From assembly GCA_903871855.1 (NCBI GenBank), contig CAIQIK010000023.1, positions 5,761-69,760 on the forward strand: a stretch of 64,000 nt of DNA, given 5' to 3'. Of this stretch, positions 54,954 to 64,000 are shown piece by piece. The notes under the pieces are model-generated. The model was not told the DNA's origin. It made no database searches and saw only the letters and a program-made list of their open reading frames with translations. The stretch comes from an uncultured Caldisericota bacterium (GTDB lineage Bacteria; Caldisericota; Caldisericia; Cryosericales; Cryosericaceae). Both the position numbers and the translations under genes were made by a program. How positions within the stretch are numbered: position 1 is the first letter of the stretch; each line of letters starts with the position of its first letter.

Positions 54954-57215
54954 TCATTCATCCATCATCGGATGCAGGAGTCGATAGACACGCTCGGGTG
55001 TCGCGGGCAACTGGCGCACCCAGACACCCGTGGCATCATGGATTGCCAAGGCAACAGCAGGAATGACGGGGACCATTACCACTTCACCAATACCCCGGAC
55101 CCCGAGAGCACTGGTTCCCTCAGGATTCTCCAGGATGATGTATTCATGCTCGGGCACATCCTGGGCGGTCGGGATGATGTAGGTGGAGAAGTTCTTCGTG
55201 CGCACCTGCCCCTTGGCGATCAACGTGTCTTCGAACAGGGCGAATCCCTCACCCTGCGCAACGCCGCCATCGATCTGCCCTTCGACCTGCTGTTGGTTGA
55301 CCGTATGTCCTGTATCCAGGGCGGTCGTGACCCTGAGCAGGTGAGTCTCGCCAGTTAAGGTGTTCACTTCGACCAGCGCCGCCTGGGCGGCGAAACTGTA
55401 GATCCAGTGCGGCAGCCCGGCAGCCCCGGGGATCTCCCTGTCGGCGGTCGGCCACACGAAGTAACCTTCGCCTCGCAATGGCGATTCCTGGGCAAACTCC
55501 TGAGCCAGTTCCTCATATGTCCGAAAGCCCATCGGCGTCGTCATGCCGCTCTCCTTCGCCTCGCAGACCGCATCCAATCCAGTATGATACTTCGCATCCA
55601 GCGCGTCAATCACCTTGACACCGAGGTTGCGGAACGCCGCCGCAATGGCATTGGAAGCCGTGTACATCGAGCGGGAAGCGGTCGCGGGTCCCGCGTCGAC
55701 CGAACCTTCGGTCTGGCCCGCTACGATGCGGACCCGTGACGGGTCGACCCGCAGCAGTCCCGCAGCCATCTGGGTGAAGCCGGTATGCGTGCCCTGTCCG
55801 TATTCCACGAGACCAATACGCAGAGTGAAGTTGCCATCCCTGTCGAGATCGATGTACGCACCACCATAATCGGGGATACCGAGCCCAAGTCCGGCTCCCT
55901 GTGGAGCCAGCGCCAGGGCCACCCCGCGCCTCAGCCATGGCTTGTCTGTTTTCTTGTACTCCTCGCGGTGCTGCCACAAATTGGATTTCTCGATAGCGTC
56001 CAGAACTAGGTCCATGGAAACACTTGTGCGCAGGGTATGGCCGATAGGGGAGACCTCGCCCTGGTGCAGGACGTTTTTTCGCCGTATCGTGACCGGATCC
56101 AGCCCCAGCTTCTCTGCCGCCTCGTCTATGTTGGATTCCAGCGCAAACAGAACCTGCGGCACGCCGAAACCACGGAACGCGCCACAAACACCGTTGTTGG
56201 TGAACACGGCCCAGCCCTCGTGGCGTGTATTGGGGACGCGGTACAGGGACGAAGCATGTTCGAGCGCCAGGTTGAGGACGGGGCCACCGAGCGAGGTGTA
56301 GGCACCCTTGTCTTCGTAGCAGACGACGTCGTTGGCAAGCATTGTCCCGTCACTCTTGAAACCAGTCCTCATGCGCACAATGAATGGATGGCGTTTCCAG
56401 CCGGAAACCATCGACTCCTCGCGCGAGAGGAAGGCCTTGACGGGTTTACCCGTCTTCATGGCAAGCAGGGCAATGCCACCCTGGATGGTCAGCTCGTCCT
56501 TGCCTCCAAAACCGCCACCCACAGGGTTGCTGGTGACATGGATCATCCGAGGATTCATCCCCAGGATTCGGGCGAGCTGCAGCTGGTCCCGAAACGCATA
56601 CTGAGACCCTGCATACATGGACAGCGAGCCATCGGCCTCCGGAACAGCCACGCCGGATTCGGTCTCGAGCGGCGTATGGGCTTGACGCGGCGTCCGGTAT
56701 TCGTGTTCGATGACGACGTCCGCTTCACGGAATCCCTGTTCCACATCGCCCTTGGTGATCAGGGTGTGCAGGCACACGTTGCCCTTGTCATGGACCTTGG
56801 GGGCATCGGGCTTCAGCGCCTCGACGGGGTCGTCGACGACCGGCAGGACCTCGTAGTCCACGTCGACCAGAGCCGCCGCCTGCTCCGCGATGCGTTCGGT
56901 CGTGGCAGCTACCAGTGCAACGGTGTCTCCCATATACCGTACCTTGTCACCGCAGATAACTGGCATGTCGGGATCGACGATCCCGAACCCGTTGAACCCG
57001 GTCACGTCTGCCGCCGTCAGCACCGTGACGACGCCGTCCAGCGCCATCGCCCTGCTTACGTCGATGCTTCTGACCAGGGCATGCGGGTACTTGCTCCGCA
57101 CAAACCATGCATACAGCATCCCTGGAAACGAGAGGTCGGACATGTACTGCGTGGTGCCGCACGCCTTGTCCTGCGCGTCGATCCTGTTGATCTGCTCGAA
57201 ATGGATGTCGTCCAT
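54954..57215 (-). CDS. Xanthine dehydrogenase / aldehyde oxidase family, molybdopterin-binding large subunit
   Basis: ATG 57215 follows AAGGAG. 753 aa. GGGFGGK motif. AQGEGFALFE near the C-terminus resembles the catalytic Glu region. Confidence 0.88.
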   Translation of the reverse strand: MDDIHFEQINRIDAQDKACGTTQYMSDLSFPGMLYAWFVRSKYPHALVRSIDVSRAMALDGVVTVLTAADVTGFNGFGIVDPDMPVICGDKVRYMGDTVALVAATTERIAEQAAALVDVDYEVLPVVDDPVEALKPDAPKVHDKGNVCLHTLITKGDVEQGFREADVVIEHEYRTPRQAHTPLETESGVAVPEADGSLSMYAGSQYAFRDQLQLARILGMNPRMIHVTSNPVGGGFGGKDELTIQGGIALLAMKTGKPVKAFLSREESMVSGWKRHPFIVRMRTGFKSDGTMLANDVVCYEDKGAYTSLGGPVLNLALEHASSLYRVPNTRHEGWAVFTNNGVCGAFRGFGVPQVLFALESNIDEAAEKLGLDPVTIRRKNVLHQGEVSPIGHTLRTSVSMDLVLDAIEKSNLWQHREEYKKTDKPWLRRGVALALAPQGAGLGLGIPDYGGAYIDLDRDGNFTLRIGLVEYGQGTHTGFTQMAAGLLRVDPSRVRIVAGQTEGSVDAGPATASRSMYTASNAIAAAFRNLGVKVIDALDAKYHTGLDAVCEAKESGMTTPMGFRTYEELAQEFAQESPLRGEGYFVWPTADREIPGAAGLPHWIYSFAAQAALVEVNTLTGETHLLRVTTALDTGHTVNQQQVEGQIDGGVAQGEGFALFEDTLIAKGQVRTKNFSTYIIPTAQDVPEHEYIILENPEGTSALGVRGIGEVVMVPVIPAVALAIHDATGVWVRQLPATPERVYRLLHPMMDE

Positions 57216-57234
57216 CACGTTGCTCCTTTCACAC

Positions 57235-57468
57235 TCAGCCACCACCAATAGGAGCTGCAAACACAAGCTCGTCGCCGTCCTGAAGGACATACTCGTCGTA
57301 CACGCGCTTGCCCTTCAGAATGAGGATGAGGTACGCCAGTTCAGGCCCCTTGATGCCAAGCTGTCTCACGATCTCCCCGGCTGTCGTTCCTGTCGGGAGT
57401 TCCAGCTCGTATTCGGGCGTGTCGTGATATTGTTTGTAGTCCTGAAAGAGCTTGATCTTAACGTTCAT
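57235..57468 (-). CDS. MoaD/ThiS-like beta-grasp protein ending in GG
   Basis: 77 aa: MNVKIKLF...LQDGDELVFAAPIGGG. The dGDe..f.PP..GG C-terminus is the hallmark of ubiquitin-like sulfur carriers. The ATG overlaps the upstream gene by 11 nt. Confidence 0.65.
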   Translation of the reverse strand: MNVKIKLFQDYKQYHDTPEYELELPTGTTAGEIVRQLGIKGPELAYLILILKGKRVYDEYVLQDGDELVFAAPIGGG

Positions 57469-58339
57469 GCCAGCAGGAGGCAAGCGCTTCGTAGGCGGCC
57501 TCGGCAAGAAGTCCGCAGGCGGCTTCCTTGCGATAGACGGCAGTTGCTCTCAGGTCATCGATGGGCGCTACTTCCTTCCAGGCCATCTGCGCGGCACTGC
57601 GAATGGCGTCCCATGACAGAAGTGGAGGAAGCTGGCAGAACAGCTGCTCGGTCTTGTGCACGCGGATCACGGTCGGGCCCACCGAGCCGAAGGCGATGCG
57701 AGCTTCCACGATGCGCCGGTCGCCGCCGATCCTGAAGGTGAAGGCGACGTTGGCGGTTGAGATCGTCATTGCCTGCCGTGAACCCAGCTTGCCAAAACCG
57801 GTCAGTTCACCCGGACCAGTCGCAGGGAAATGGAACTCCGTCACGAGTTCCTCCGCGGCAAGCACCGATCTTCCCGGCCCCGTGAAGAAGTCGATGATGG
57901 GGACTTCCCGGGTGCCTGAACGGCTGGCGATGGATACGACGGCATCGAGAACGATGAGCGCCGGGATCGTGTCACCCGCAGGAGATGCGTTGGCCACGTT
58001 GCCACCGACCGTCCCCATGTTGCGAATCTGGGGACCGCCGACCTGCGAAGCCGCCATGGCCAAAGCGCGGCCGTGCCGGCGCACGATGGGCGAAGCACTG
58101 AGGTCCGCATGGGTGGCACAGGCGCCGACATGGACGACGCCTGACTCCTCACGCACAAAGCGGAGCTCCGCCACCCGGGAAAGGTCGACGATAACGTCTT
58201 CCTTGACGAGCCCTTCCTTGAGGCGTACCGTCACGTCCGTGCCGCCGGATAGGAAGCGCTTGCGTGGCCCAAACTGTTCCGCCAGTTCCAGCGCTCCCTT
58301 CAAATCGCGTGCTATGTGATACTCAAGTTCCTTGATCAT
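57458..58339 (-). CDS. XDH-family FAD-binding medium subunit (CoxM/XdhB-like)
   Basis: LSGGTDV...GACATH...IRNMGTVGGNVANASPAGD. 293 aa. Confidence 0.88.
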   Translation of the reverse strand: MIKELEYHIARDLKGALELAEQFGPRKRFLSGGTDVTVRLKEGLVKEDVIVDLSRVAELRFVREESGVVHVGACATHADLSASPIVRRHGRALAMAASQVGGPQIRNMGTVGGNVANASPAGDTIPALIVLDAVVSIASRSGTREVPIIDFFTGPGRSVLAAEELVTEFHFPATGPGELTGFGKLGSRQAMTISTANVAFTFRIGGDRRIVEARIAFGSVGPTVIRVHKTEQLFCQLPPLLSWDAIRSAAQMAWKEVAPIDDLRATAVYRKEAACGLLAEAAYEALASCWHER

Positions 58340-59175
58340 GGTTTGCTCTCCAGAAGCCCAATGATGTTCGCCCTGTTCTTCATCGAATCGGTCAGGACAC
58401 GATCGTGGCGTGTGGCCACAAGTTCAGCACAGATGGCAAGTGCTATCTCCTCGGCAGTCTGGCCGCCGTGGTCTATTCCAACTGGGGAAAACACATGTGC
58501 AAGGTCTTCCCTGCCTATCCCTGCGGCTTCAAGGCGGCGGAAGACCTCAAGCGTCTTCGACCGGGAACCGATCATCCCGATGTAACGGTTGTCCAGCTTG
58601 CGCTCCAGAAGTGCCTTCAGCACTCGCTCATCGCTCACGTGCTTGTCTGTGAGAATGACATGGTACCCTTGCGGACCATAGGTGGTCGTCTGAACCAGTT
58701 CGACAAAATCGCCGATCAGGAAGTGATGTGCGTCCGGGATACGACCGGGGGTGGCAAACTCCGGCCGATCGTCCATCACCGTCACTTCGAAACCGACAAG
58801 AGAGGCGAATGTCGCCAGAAAACGCCCGACATGCCCGGCGCCATAGATATACAGAAGCGGACGACTGCCGATGTACTCGATGTACAGCGTGACCTGACCG
58901 CCGCACAGCATTCCGAGGCTATCCTTGCCATTCTGGCTGAGATCGTAGGTGACGACGCGCGACTTCGCTTCGGCAATGGCGTCACGAGCGGCTCCCAGGA
59001 CGGTCAGCTCTAGTTTGCCGCCACCGACGGTTCCATGCTGGGCGCCGTCGGGCAGAACGACCATCTTGAAGCTGGTGCGCCCAGGAGAAGAGCCCTGGGC
59101 GTCGATGACCGTGCAGATGGCAAACTCACGACCCTCCTGTTCGAGCTTCGCGACGTATTGATAGATGGAATCCAT
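58336..59175 (-). CDS. XdhC/CoxI family maturation factor
   Basis: FAICTVIDAQGSSPGR...GTVGGG.LE... and a Rossmann-like segment LYIYGAGHVG. Confidence 0.85.
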   Translation of the reverse strand: MDSIYQYVAKLEQEGREFAICTVIDAQGSSPGRTSFKMVVLPDGAQHGTVGGGKLELTVLGAARDAIAEAKSRVVTYDLSQNGKDSLGMLCGGQVTLYIEYIGSRPLLYIYGAGHVGRFLATFASLVGFEVTVMDDRPEFATPGRIPDAHHFLIGDFVELVQTTTYGPQGYHVILTDKHVSDERVLKALLERKLDNRYIGMIGSRSKTLEVFRRLEAAGIGREDLAHVFSPVGIDHGGQTAEEIALAICAELVATRHDRVLTDSMKNRANIIGLLESKP

Positions 59176-59807
59176 CAGACCTCCTTAGTGGACGTTCCCA
59201 AAGACCTGAGATACTCGAGGACACGGTCATACTCGTCAGGAGTATCCATGTCCAGCAACATCCCCCAGTCATCGACGGGAACCAGCTTCGTGGTGGACGC
59301 ATGCACAGCCATGAACTGCCGCAACGTGGAGCGCTCCGACATAGCAAGCAGTTTCGGGACACACTGTGCACTGATGGCAACAGGATGACCTCGCCGTCCT
59401 CCGCACGACGGCACGGCTACGTCAGCCAGGCCCGCCGACACAGCATCTCTCACGGCAATGGCGGTTTCAGGCAGGATGAGTGGGGTATCCCCGGGGAAAA
59501 CAAGGACGACATTGGCGCCCGCGACCCGTCGCAGCCCCGCCTGAACCGAAATGAACATGCCTGGATCGTAGGGTACGCCCTCCGCCACTTCGACTCGTTC
59601 TTCGGCGCCAAGAGCTCTTGCTGCCTGTTCCACAGCAGTCCTCGTCCCCTGATCGTGCAGCCCGATGACCACAATCACGCTGTCACAGGTGGCAAGAGCA
59701 GTTGCAACAACGCGGCCGACAACCGTCCCAGGGCCAAGCGGCAATGCCAACTTGTTTGAACCCATTCTGTCGGCATGTCCAGCGGCCAGAACGATTGCTG
59801 CCGTCAT
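59175..59807 (-). CDS. MobA/MocA-like nucleotidyltransferase (molybdenum cofactor cytidylyl/guanylyl-transferase)
   Basis: ORF 59175..60137 trimmed to ATG 59807 (ATGA overlap with the 2Fe-2S gene). AIVLAAGHADRMGSNKLALPL is the typical LAGG..RMG..K signature. Confidence 0.8.
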   Translation of the reverse strand: MTAAIVLAAGHADRMGSNKLALPLGPGTVVGRVVATALATCDSVIVVIGLHDQGTRTAVEQAARALGAEERVEVAEGVPYDPGMFISVQAGLRRVAGANVVLVFPGDTPLILPETAIAVRDAVSAGLADVAVPSCGGRRGHPVAISAQCVPKLLAMSERSTLRQFMAVHASTTKLVPVDDWGMLLDMDTPDEYDRVLEYLRSLGTSTKEV

Positions 59808-60277
59808 TCGCGGCTTTGACTTGCCTTTTGCACCGCGGCAACGATCTTCCTGTAGCCCGTGCAACGACAGAGATTTCCCTCCAAGGCAGTCTTTATCTCT
59901 GCTTCCGATGGATGCGGGTTCAGGGCGAGCAGCGCCTCTGCGGACATGACCATGCCCGGTGTGCAGAAACCGCACTGGACAGCTCCCTCTTCGACGAATG
60001 CCTGCTCGAGCGCCGACGGCTTGCCACTCTTCGCCAACCCCTCGATCGTCGTGATCGTCGCTCCTTCCGCTTGTACCGCCAGCACAAGGCAGCTGGTGAC
60101 CGACCGACCGTTCATGATGACTGTGCATGCACCACACTCACCCTTGTTGCAGCCGATCTTGGTGCCAAGAAGCCTAAGGTCCTCCCGCAGGACTTCGGCA
60201 AGCGTCCTGTTGGTTCGTGTCGTGACATGGTATTCCGTACCGTTAACCTTCACGACAACACGTATCTCACTGGTCAT
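59804..60277 (-). CDS. XDH-family [2Fe-2S] small subunit (CoxS-like)
   Basis: GCNKGECGACTV...C and QCGFCTPG...CRCTGY, the two canonical 2Fe-2S motifs. Confidence 0.92.
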   Translation of the reverse strand: MTSEIRVVVKVNGTEYHVTTRTNRTLAEVLREDLRLLGTKIGCNKGECGACTVIMNGRSVTSCLVLAVQAEGATITTIEGLAKSGKPSALEQAFVEEGAVQCGFCTPGMVMSAEALLALNPHPSEAEIKTALEGNLCRCTGYRKIVAAVQKASQSRE

Positions 60278-60365
60278 TGTGGCTGCCCCCTGAACAGGCT
60301 CAATAGTAGTAATGCAGGCGTCGCTTCAACGAAAACTCCCGACTGTCGATGGTCTCGGACGTGTG

Positions 60366-60827
60366 TCATGGCATAAGCTCGGCGATGAACGCAACCTCGA
60401 CGGGCGCATTCATGGGGAGGGATGCAACCCCGACCGCAAAGCGCGCGTGGCGACCGGCATCGCCAAAAAGTGCGACAAGCAGGTCAGAAGCCCCGTTGAT
60501 GACCTTGGGCACTTCCGCATAGTCTGGAGCTCCCTGCACGAATCCCTGCACCATCGCGATGCTCTTGACGCGATCCAGCATGCCAATGGCGCTCTTCAGG
60601 GCAGCGAGACCGTTGATAACGCAGATGCGGGCAAGATCATAGGCTTCCCGGGTCGTGACGCCCTCTCCAACGCGCCCTGTCTGTTTGACTTGACCATTCA
60701 CAACAGGCAGCATGCCCGACACGAACGCAAGGTTGCCGGTGAGCTTGACCGGAACGTAACTGCCAACGGGTGCTGCCGCCTCTGGCAATACGACACCCAG
60801 CTCTGCAAGCTTCTCGTCTATCGCCAT
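60366..60827 (-). CDS. RidA/YjgF family protein
   Basis: ORF trimmed to ATG 60827 after GGGAGG. 153 aa: ...GNLAFVSG.LP...G....G.....T..EA...AR.C..N.L.... Confidence 0.75.
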   Translation of the reverse strand: MAIDEKLAELGVVLPEAAAPVGSYVPVKLTGNLAFVSGMLPVVNGQVKQTGRVGEGVTTREAYDLARICVINGLAALKSAIGMLDRVKSIAMVQGFVQGAPDYAEVPKVINGASDLLVALFGDAGRHARFAVGVASLPMNAPVEVAFIAELMP

Positions 60828-61275
60828 ACATACCTCCCGATACGATGTGGACAAGTTCTCATGCATAGTATACACACAACATGGTACTTGCCATGTCCAG
60901 CTTTTCGGTCGGACTGTCAGCATGCCAGGAAGCGCCGTCCAGCTGCGGTGGGCGGGCGGAGCTCCCATGTGTGGTGACTATGTCCTCGCCCTCATTCCGT
61001 CATCACGCACGAACAACCTTGAAAGGTACCAAGGTTGACACGACACGACCAATTTCAGCACGTCTGACCTCCTACTCTTTCGACTTTCTTCGGTCAGTCT
61101 TGACAAATTCGGCGAGAGATCCGACTTATCCAGCATGAGGGGCAAGTTTCCTGTCCAATCCACCAACTGCTGTCCAGGACTGCGTATCACCGCGCGGTGA
61201 TGTCCCATCCCGGGCGCGTTTCGCTGTCATCTCACATGAGGAGCGGTTATAACGCTACCACATTTTGTCGAATTG

Positions 61276-61284
61276 TGCTATAAT
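61276..61284 (+). promoter_or_regulatory. Extended -10 promoter element for hup
   Basis: TGcTATAAT (61276-61284), ~60 nt upstream of the ATG at 61344. The -35 is weak. Confidence 0.5.
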
Positions 61285-61343
61285 ACGCGTGTAACTTCCC
61301 AGTCGTGGGGAAAAGCGCGACAAAAAACAGGAAAGGAGATCGC

Positions 61344-61622
61344 ATGAACAAGGGAGAACTTGTAGCCAGAATCGCCGACATGACCAAGATGACCAAGAAG
61401 GAGTCCGAAGTCATGGTCAATGCGTTCATGGATGCTGTCAAGGAAGCCATGAAGAAGAACGACAAGGTCGCACTCGTCGGGTTTGGCACATTCGGTGTCA
61501 AAGAGCGCAAGGCTCGCAAGGGCGTCAACCCCAAGACTCTCAAGGCCATCACCATTCCGAAAAAGAAGGCCCCCTTCTTCAAGCCCGGCAAAGCTCTGAA
61601 GGACGCCATCGCCAAGAAGTAG
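61344..61622 (+). CDS. hup: HU family DNA-binding protein
   Basis: ATG 61344 follows AAAGGAG. MNKGELVARIA....K.E...V.AF......A....DKVALVGFGTF.VKER.AR.G.NP.T...I.IP......FKPGKALKDA. Confidence 0.93.
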   Translation: MNKGELVARIADMTKMTKKESEVMVNAFMDAVKEAMKKNDKVALVGFGTFGVKERKARKGVNPKTLKAITIPKKKAPFFKPGKALKDAIAKK

Positions 61623-61644
61623 TATTTTCTGGCATAGAAAACGG

Positions 61645-61673
61645 AAGCGGCGCTCACGCGCCGCTTTATTGTT
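61645..61673 (+). terminator. Rho-independent terminator after hup
   Basis: AAGCGGCGC (61645-61653), loop TCAC, GCGCCGCTT (61658-61666), then TATTGTTG. Confidence 0.75.
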
Positions 61674-61692
61674 GTCAGGGCACCCGCTTCTT

Positions 61693-63120
61693 TCAGGAAA
61701 CGGCTGGCGCGATTCCGATCCAGACAGTTCTGCTGCGTGTGAGATCGACGCGCCCCGGTCCTTTCTCAACACGAAGGAAGAACCCTTGAGGGTGCGCGCC
61801 CGTCAATGCAGCGTCGAATGTCAGACTGACCGTTGCCCCGTTATGACTGACGTTCGCAGTCACCTGTTTCGCGGTCGGATGCTCGAGATCTGAGACCTCT
61901 GCGCTCGCCGCGCCTCCGCGATAGACGACGTGGAGCTTTGGCGCGGAGCCAAAGTTGCCGCTCGCCGGGAGTGGAAACACGAACAGCTCCAGTTCTTCGA
62001 GGCGGCTCAGCGATCGGCCCAGTTCCAGCGAGAGTTGGAGGCTGCCACTACTCTCCATAGCGGAGAACCTCCGGATGACGGGCCGCTGCTCATCACTCAC
62101 GCGGCTGACCGGGAAGAAAAACTGGGCTACCCGGACTGCATCCGTGCTTTCACTCAAGTCGGCCGGAGCCAGGAACACCTCAGTCCGGCGGGCAAATGTG
62201 ATCAGAGTTGCTAGCGGAAGTAGCTCCGAGGCGTGCGCTTGGATCGCGCGCGTCTTGATCCAGACCTCCTGAGGAGTGAGATGGATGACCTCCTCACGGA
62301 GACCAAGGACCCGTGCGGCAGGAGGGGCATAGGCATCAACAAACGGCACATATCGGAGAGGTCTTGGCCATCCCTTGACGTGAACGACATACTCCAGACG
62401 CCTGGGAGACAGATGCAGGTCGGCAAGAGCGGCGGTGACGAACAACCCGGTCGCCTGGTGGTCAGGATGGTCGTCGATCAGGTTCGGATAGGCGACAATC
62501 GTTGGCTGAAACGACGTCATGACCTGCTCCACATCAGTCAGGAGGTTCATGGCCGTCTGTGGCTGGCCGGCGACTGCTGATTCTGCATAGGGGACCGATG
62601 TCGCATTTGTGAGACCACTCCGATACGGCTTCGACGTCCATACATTCATGAAGATATCTGATAGTCCTCCGTCAGGATACCCGAGGAAGATCAGGTCCTC
62701 TGGGCTCAGGCCGAGCACTCGTGCGGCGGCCATCGCCTCCTGCATCCTTTTGTGGCCGATGTCCCGAAACTGCGCGGGTGTGACTGGCGCCTTCCTCCAG
62801 AACAACGGTGGACCTACGATATTGTGATCTCCCGCCGTCATCCACAGTACACGCACCTGTGCTCCTGCCTCGAGAGCATGCTGGATGAGACCGGAACATG
62901 CTATGGACTCGTCGTCTGGATGCGGAGACACGACGAGCACCCGATCCGTATTCGTTATCATTATCTCTGTCTGAACAGCCGGCGCAGCTGCCGGCAGAAG
63001 ACGTGCCATGATAAACGCCGAGACGAACATGGCGCCGCTGAGGACAACGGCAGCTACCACCGTCGCAATATGCCGGTTGCGAGGACTTCCGTACGATACC
63101 GTGTCAGCCCGTCTCCTCAT
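61693..63120 (-). CDS. PIG-L/LmbE family deacetylase with N-terminal TM helix and extra C-terminal domain
   Basis: VLVVSPHPDDESIACSG... and ...DDHPDH (Zn-site motifs of the LmbE fold). 475 aa. Confidence 0.8.
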   Translation of the reverse strand: MRRRADTVSYGSPRNRHIATVVAAVVLSGAMFVSAFIMARLLPAAAPAVQTEIMITNTDRVLVVSPHPDDESIACSGLIQHALEAGAQVRVLWMTAGDHNIVGPPLFWRKAPVTPAQFRDIGHKRMQEAMAAARVLGLSPEDLIFLGYPDGGLSDIFMNVWTSKPYRSGLTNATSVPYAESAVAGQPQTAMNLLTDVEQVMTSFQPTIVAYPNLIDDHPDHQATGLFVTAALADLHLSPRRLEYVVHVKGWPRPLRYVPFVDAYAPPAARVLGLREEVIHLTPQEVWIKTRAIQAHASELLPLATLITFARRTEVFLAPADLSESTDAVRVAQFFFPVSRVSDEQRPVIRRFSAMESSGSLQLSLELGRSLSRLEELELFVFPLPASGNFGSAPKLHVVYRGGAASAEVSDLEHPTAKQVTANVSHNGATVSLTFDAALTGAHPQGFFLRVEKGPGRVDLTRSRTVWIGIAPAVS

Positions 63121-63231
63121 TGCAGTTCATTCTAGTGCGGCGGGGGGCGTGGTCAAGCCGTCCCGCGAAGCCGGCTTTGACGTTCCGTTCGTTTGCCATA
63201 CAATAGTCTGGTCACAGGAAAGGAGACAAAC

Positions 63232-64000
63232 ATGTACAAGCTCGTAGAGCAGTTGACAAGCGCCTATGCGGTTTCAGGAGACGAACGCCGCCTCCATGAC
63301 ATCCTGCACGGCGCACTGGGCGGCATTGCCGACGAGATTCACGACACACCCCTTGGCAATCTCATCGCCATCCGCAGGGGTTGCTCGAGTAAACACTCCA
63401 TCCTCTTCGCGGCACATCTTGATGAGGTCGGCGCCTGGGTGACAAGGATCAACGACAAGGGTTTTCTCGGCATCCATTGCCGCTCGATCGACGAGCGCGT
63501 CTGGCCCGGCCTGCAAGTTGTTGTTCATGGAACAGAGCCCTTGCCCGGCATTATCGGACTCAAACCGGTCCATGTCATGTCGCACGACGAAATGGACAAG
63601 CCGGTCGGTCCAGATGAACTCTGGATCGATGTCGGCCTTCCACGTGAGCAGGTCCTCACGATGGTCCCCATCGGTTCCACCGTCACGTTCGCGGCCGGCA
63701 TCAGCAAGCTTCTGAACGAGCGTTTCGCCGGGAAAACTCTGGACGACCGCCTCTGCATCGTTGCCTTGGTGGAGGCTCTCAAATTACTCAAGGATATGAC
63801 ACTTCCATATGACGTCGTCGTGGCCTTCACCGTCCAGGAGGAAATCACCGGGAACGGCGCTTGGACGAGCGGCTATTTCGCTCACCCCGACGTTGCTATC
63901 GCCGTCGATGTCACACATGCCGACACCGACGGCGTCCCTGAGTACAAGACCATCCCGCTCGGCGGGGGGTCGGGCGTTGTTGTCGGTCCTGTCGTTAATG
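63232..64000 (+). CDS. M42 family metallopeptidase (partial, runs off the window end)
   Basis: Not in the ORF track because there is no stop. ATG 63232 follows AAAGGAG. My translation contains SGDE, AAHLDEVG, LDDRLCIVAL and FTVQEEI, the M42 (FrvX/YsdC/PepA-like) metal-site motifs. Confidence 0.8.
   Translation, partial: MYKLVEQLTSAYAVSGDERRLHDILHGALGGIADEIHDTPLGNLIAIRRGCSSKHSILFAAHLDEVGAWVTRINDKGFLGIHCRSIDERVWPGLQVVVHGTEPLPGIIGLKPVHVMSHDEMDKPVGPDELWIDVGLPREQVLTMVPIGSTVTFAAGISKLLNERFAGKTLDDRLCIVALVEALKLLKDMTLPYDVVVAFTVQEEITGNGAWTSGYFAHPDVAIAVDVTHADTDGVPEYKTIPLGGGSGVVVGPVVN

Noticed and set aside
56037-57251. 404-aa plus-strand ORF
   Set aside because: Antisense to the XDH large-subunit gene. 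Shadow ORF.
59808-60137. 5' extension of ORF 59175..60137 (320-aa version)
   Set aside because: This part overlaps the 2Fe-2S subunit gene in another frame. The MobA/MocA signature begins right at ATG 59807, which forms an ATGA junction with the 2Fe-2S stop.

Overview
Visibly GC-rich bacterial chromosomal segment (GC not computed), densely coded with about 60 protein genes and one tRNA. Most genes have strong GGAGG-type Shine-Dalgarno sites, many neighbours overlap by ATGA, and GC-rich hairpins sit between convergent genes. The gene content (YvrJ-like peptide, CD1871A-like CXXC peptide, copper-amine-oxidase-N 'stalk' domain, DUF2089/DUF4097, Era, HU) suggests a high-GC Firmicutes/Clostridia-like organism, but this is unproven. 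Housekeeping genes: pyrG, era, acpS, nnr, alr, pcp, hup, feoB with a DtxR/FeoA regulator, and tRNA-Ser(GGA). Among them are a TetR plus heterodimeric ABC exporter operon, a 1169-aa hybrid PAS/GAF sensor kinase, an OmpR-type two-component pair, an ECF sigma/anti-sigma cluster followed by a multi-GAF diguanylate cyclase, and a six-gene xanthine-dehydrogenase-family operon. There is also a cytoplasmic molybdopterin oxidoreductase coupled to a DUF349 protein, a 1068-aa repeat-rich surface protein, and one apparently intact IS (rve-type DDE transposase) with a 5-bp target duplication. No rRNA, CRISPR array, prophage or recognisable defence island was seen. The most interesting items: (i) a strong promoter in an AT-rich island drives a 42-aa ORF plus three proteins that all carry a SHOCT-like motif (SHOCT-like / DUF2089 / DUF4097). 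(ii) An untracked 47-aa CXXC peptide sits between a TlpA-like thioredoxin and a membrane polyferredoxin. (iii) A YvrJ-like peptide is ATGA-coupled to a T7-lysozyme-type amidase, downstream of DUF554 and an extremely acidic 8-Cys protein. (iv) A GG-terminated MoaD/ThiS-like protein lies between the FAD and Mo subunits of the XDH-type operon. (v) A short dispersed repeat (TGTAACATTCT / GGAACCGTCCCG) occurs in two unrelated intergenic regions. All functional calls rest on motif-level recognition by eye; no database search was run.
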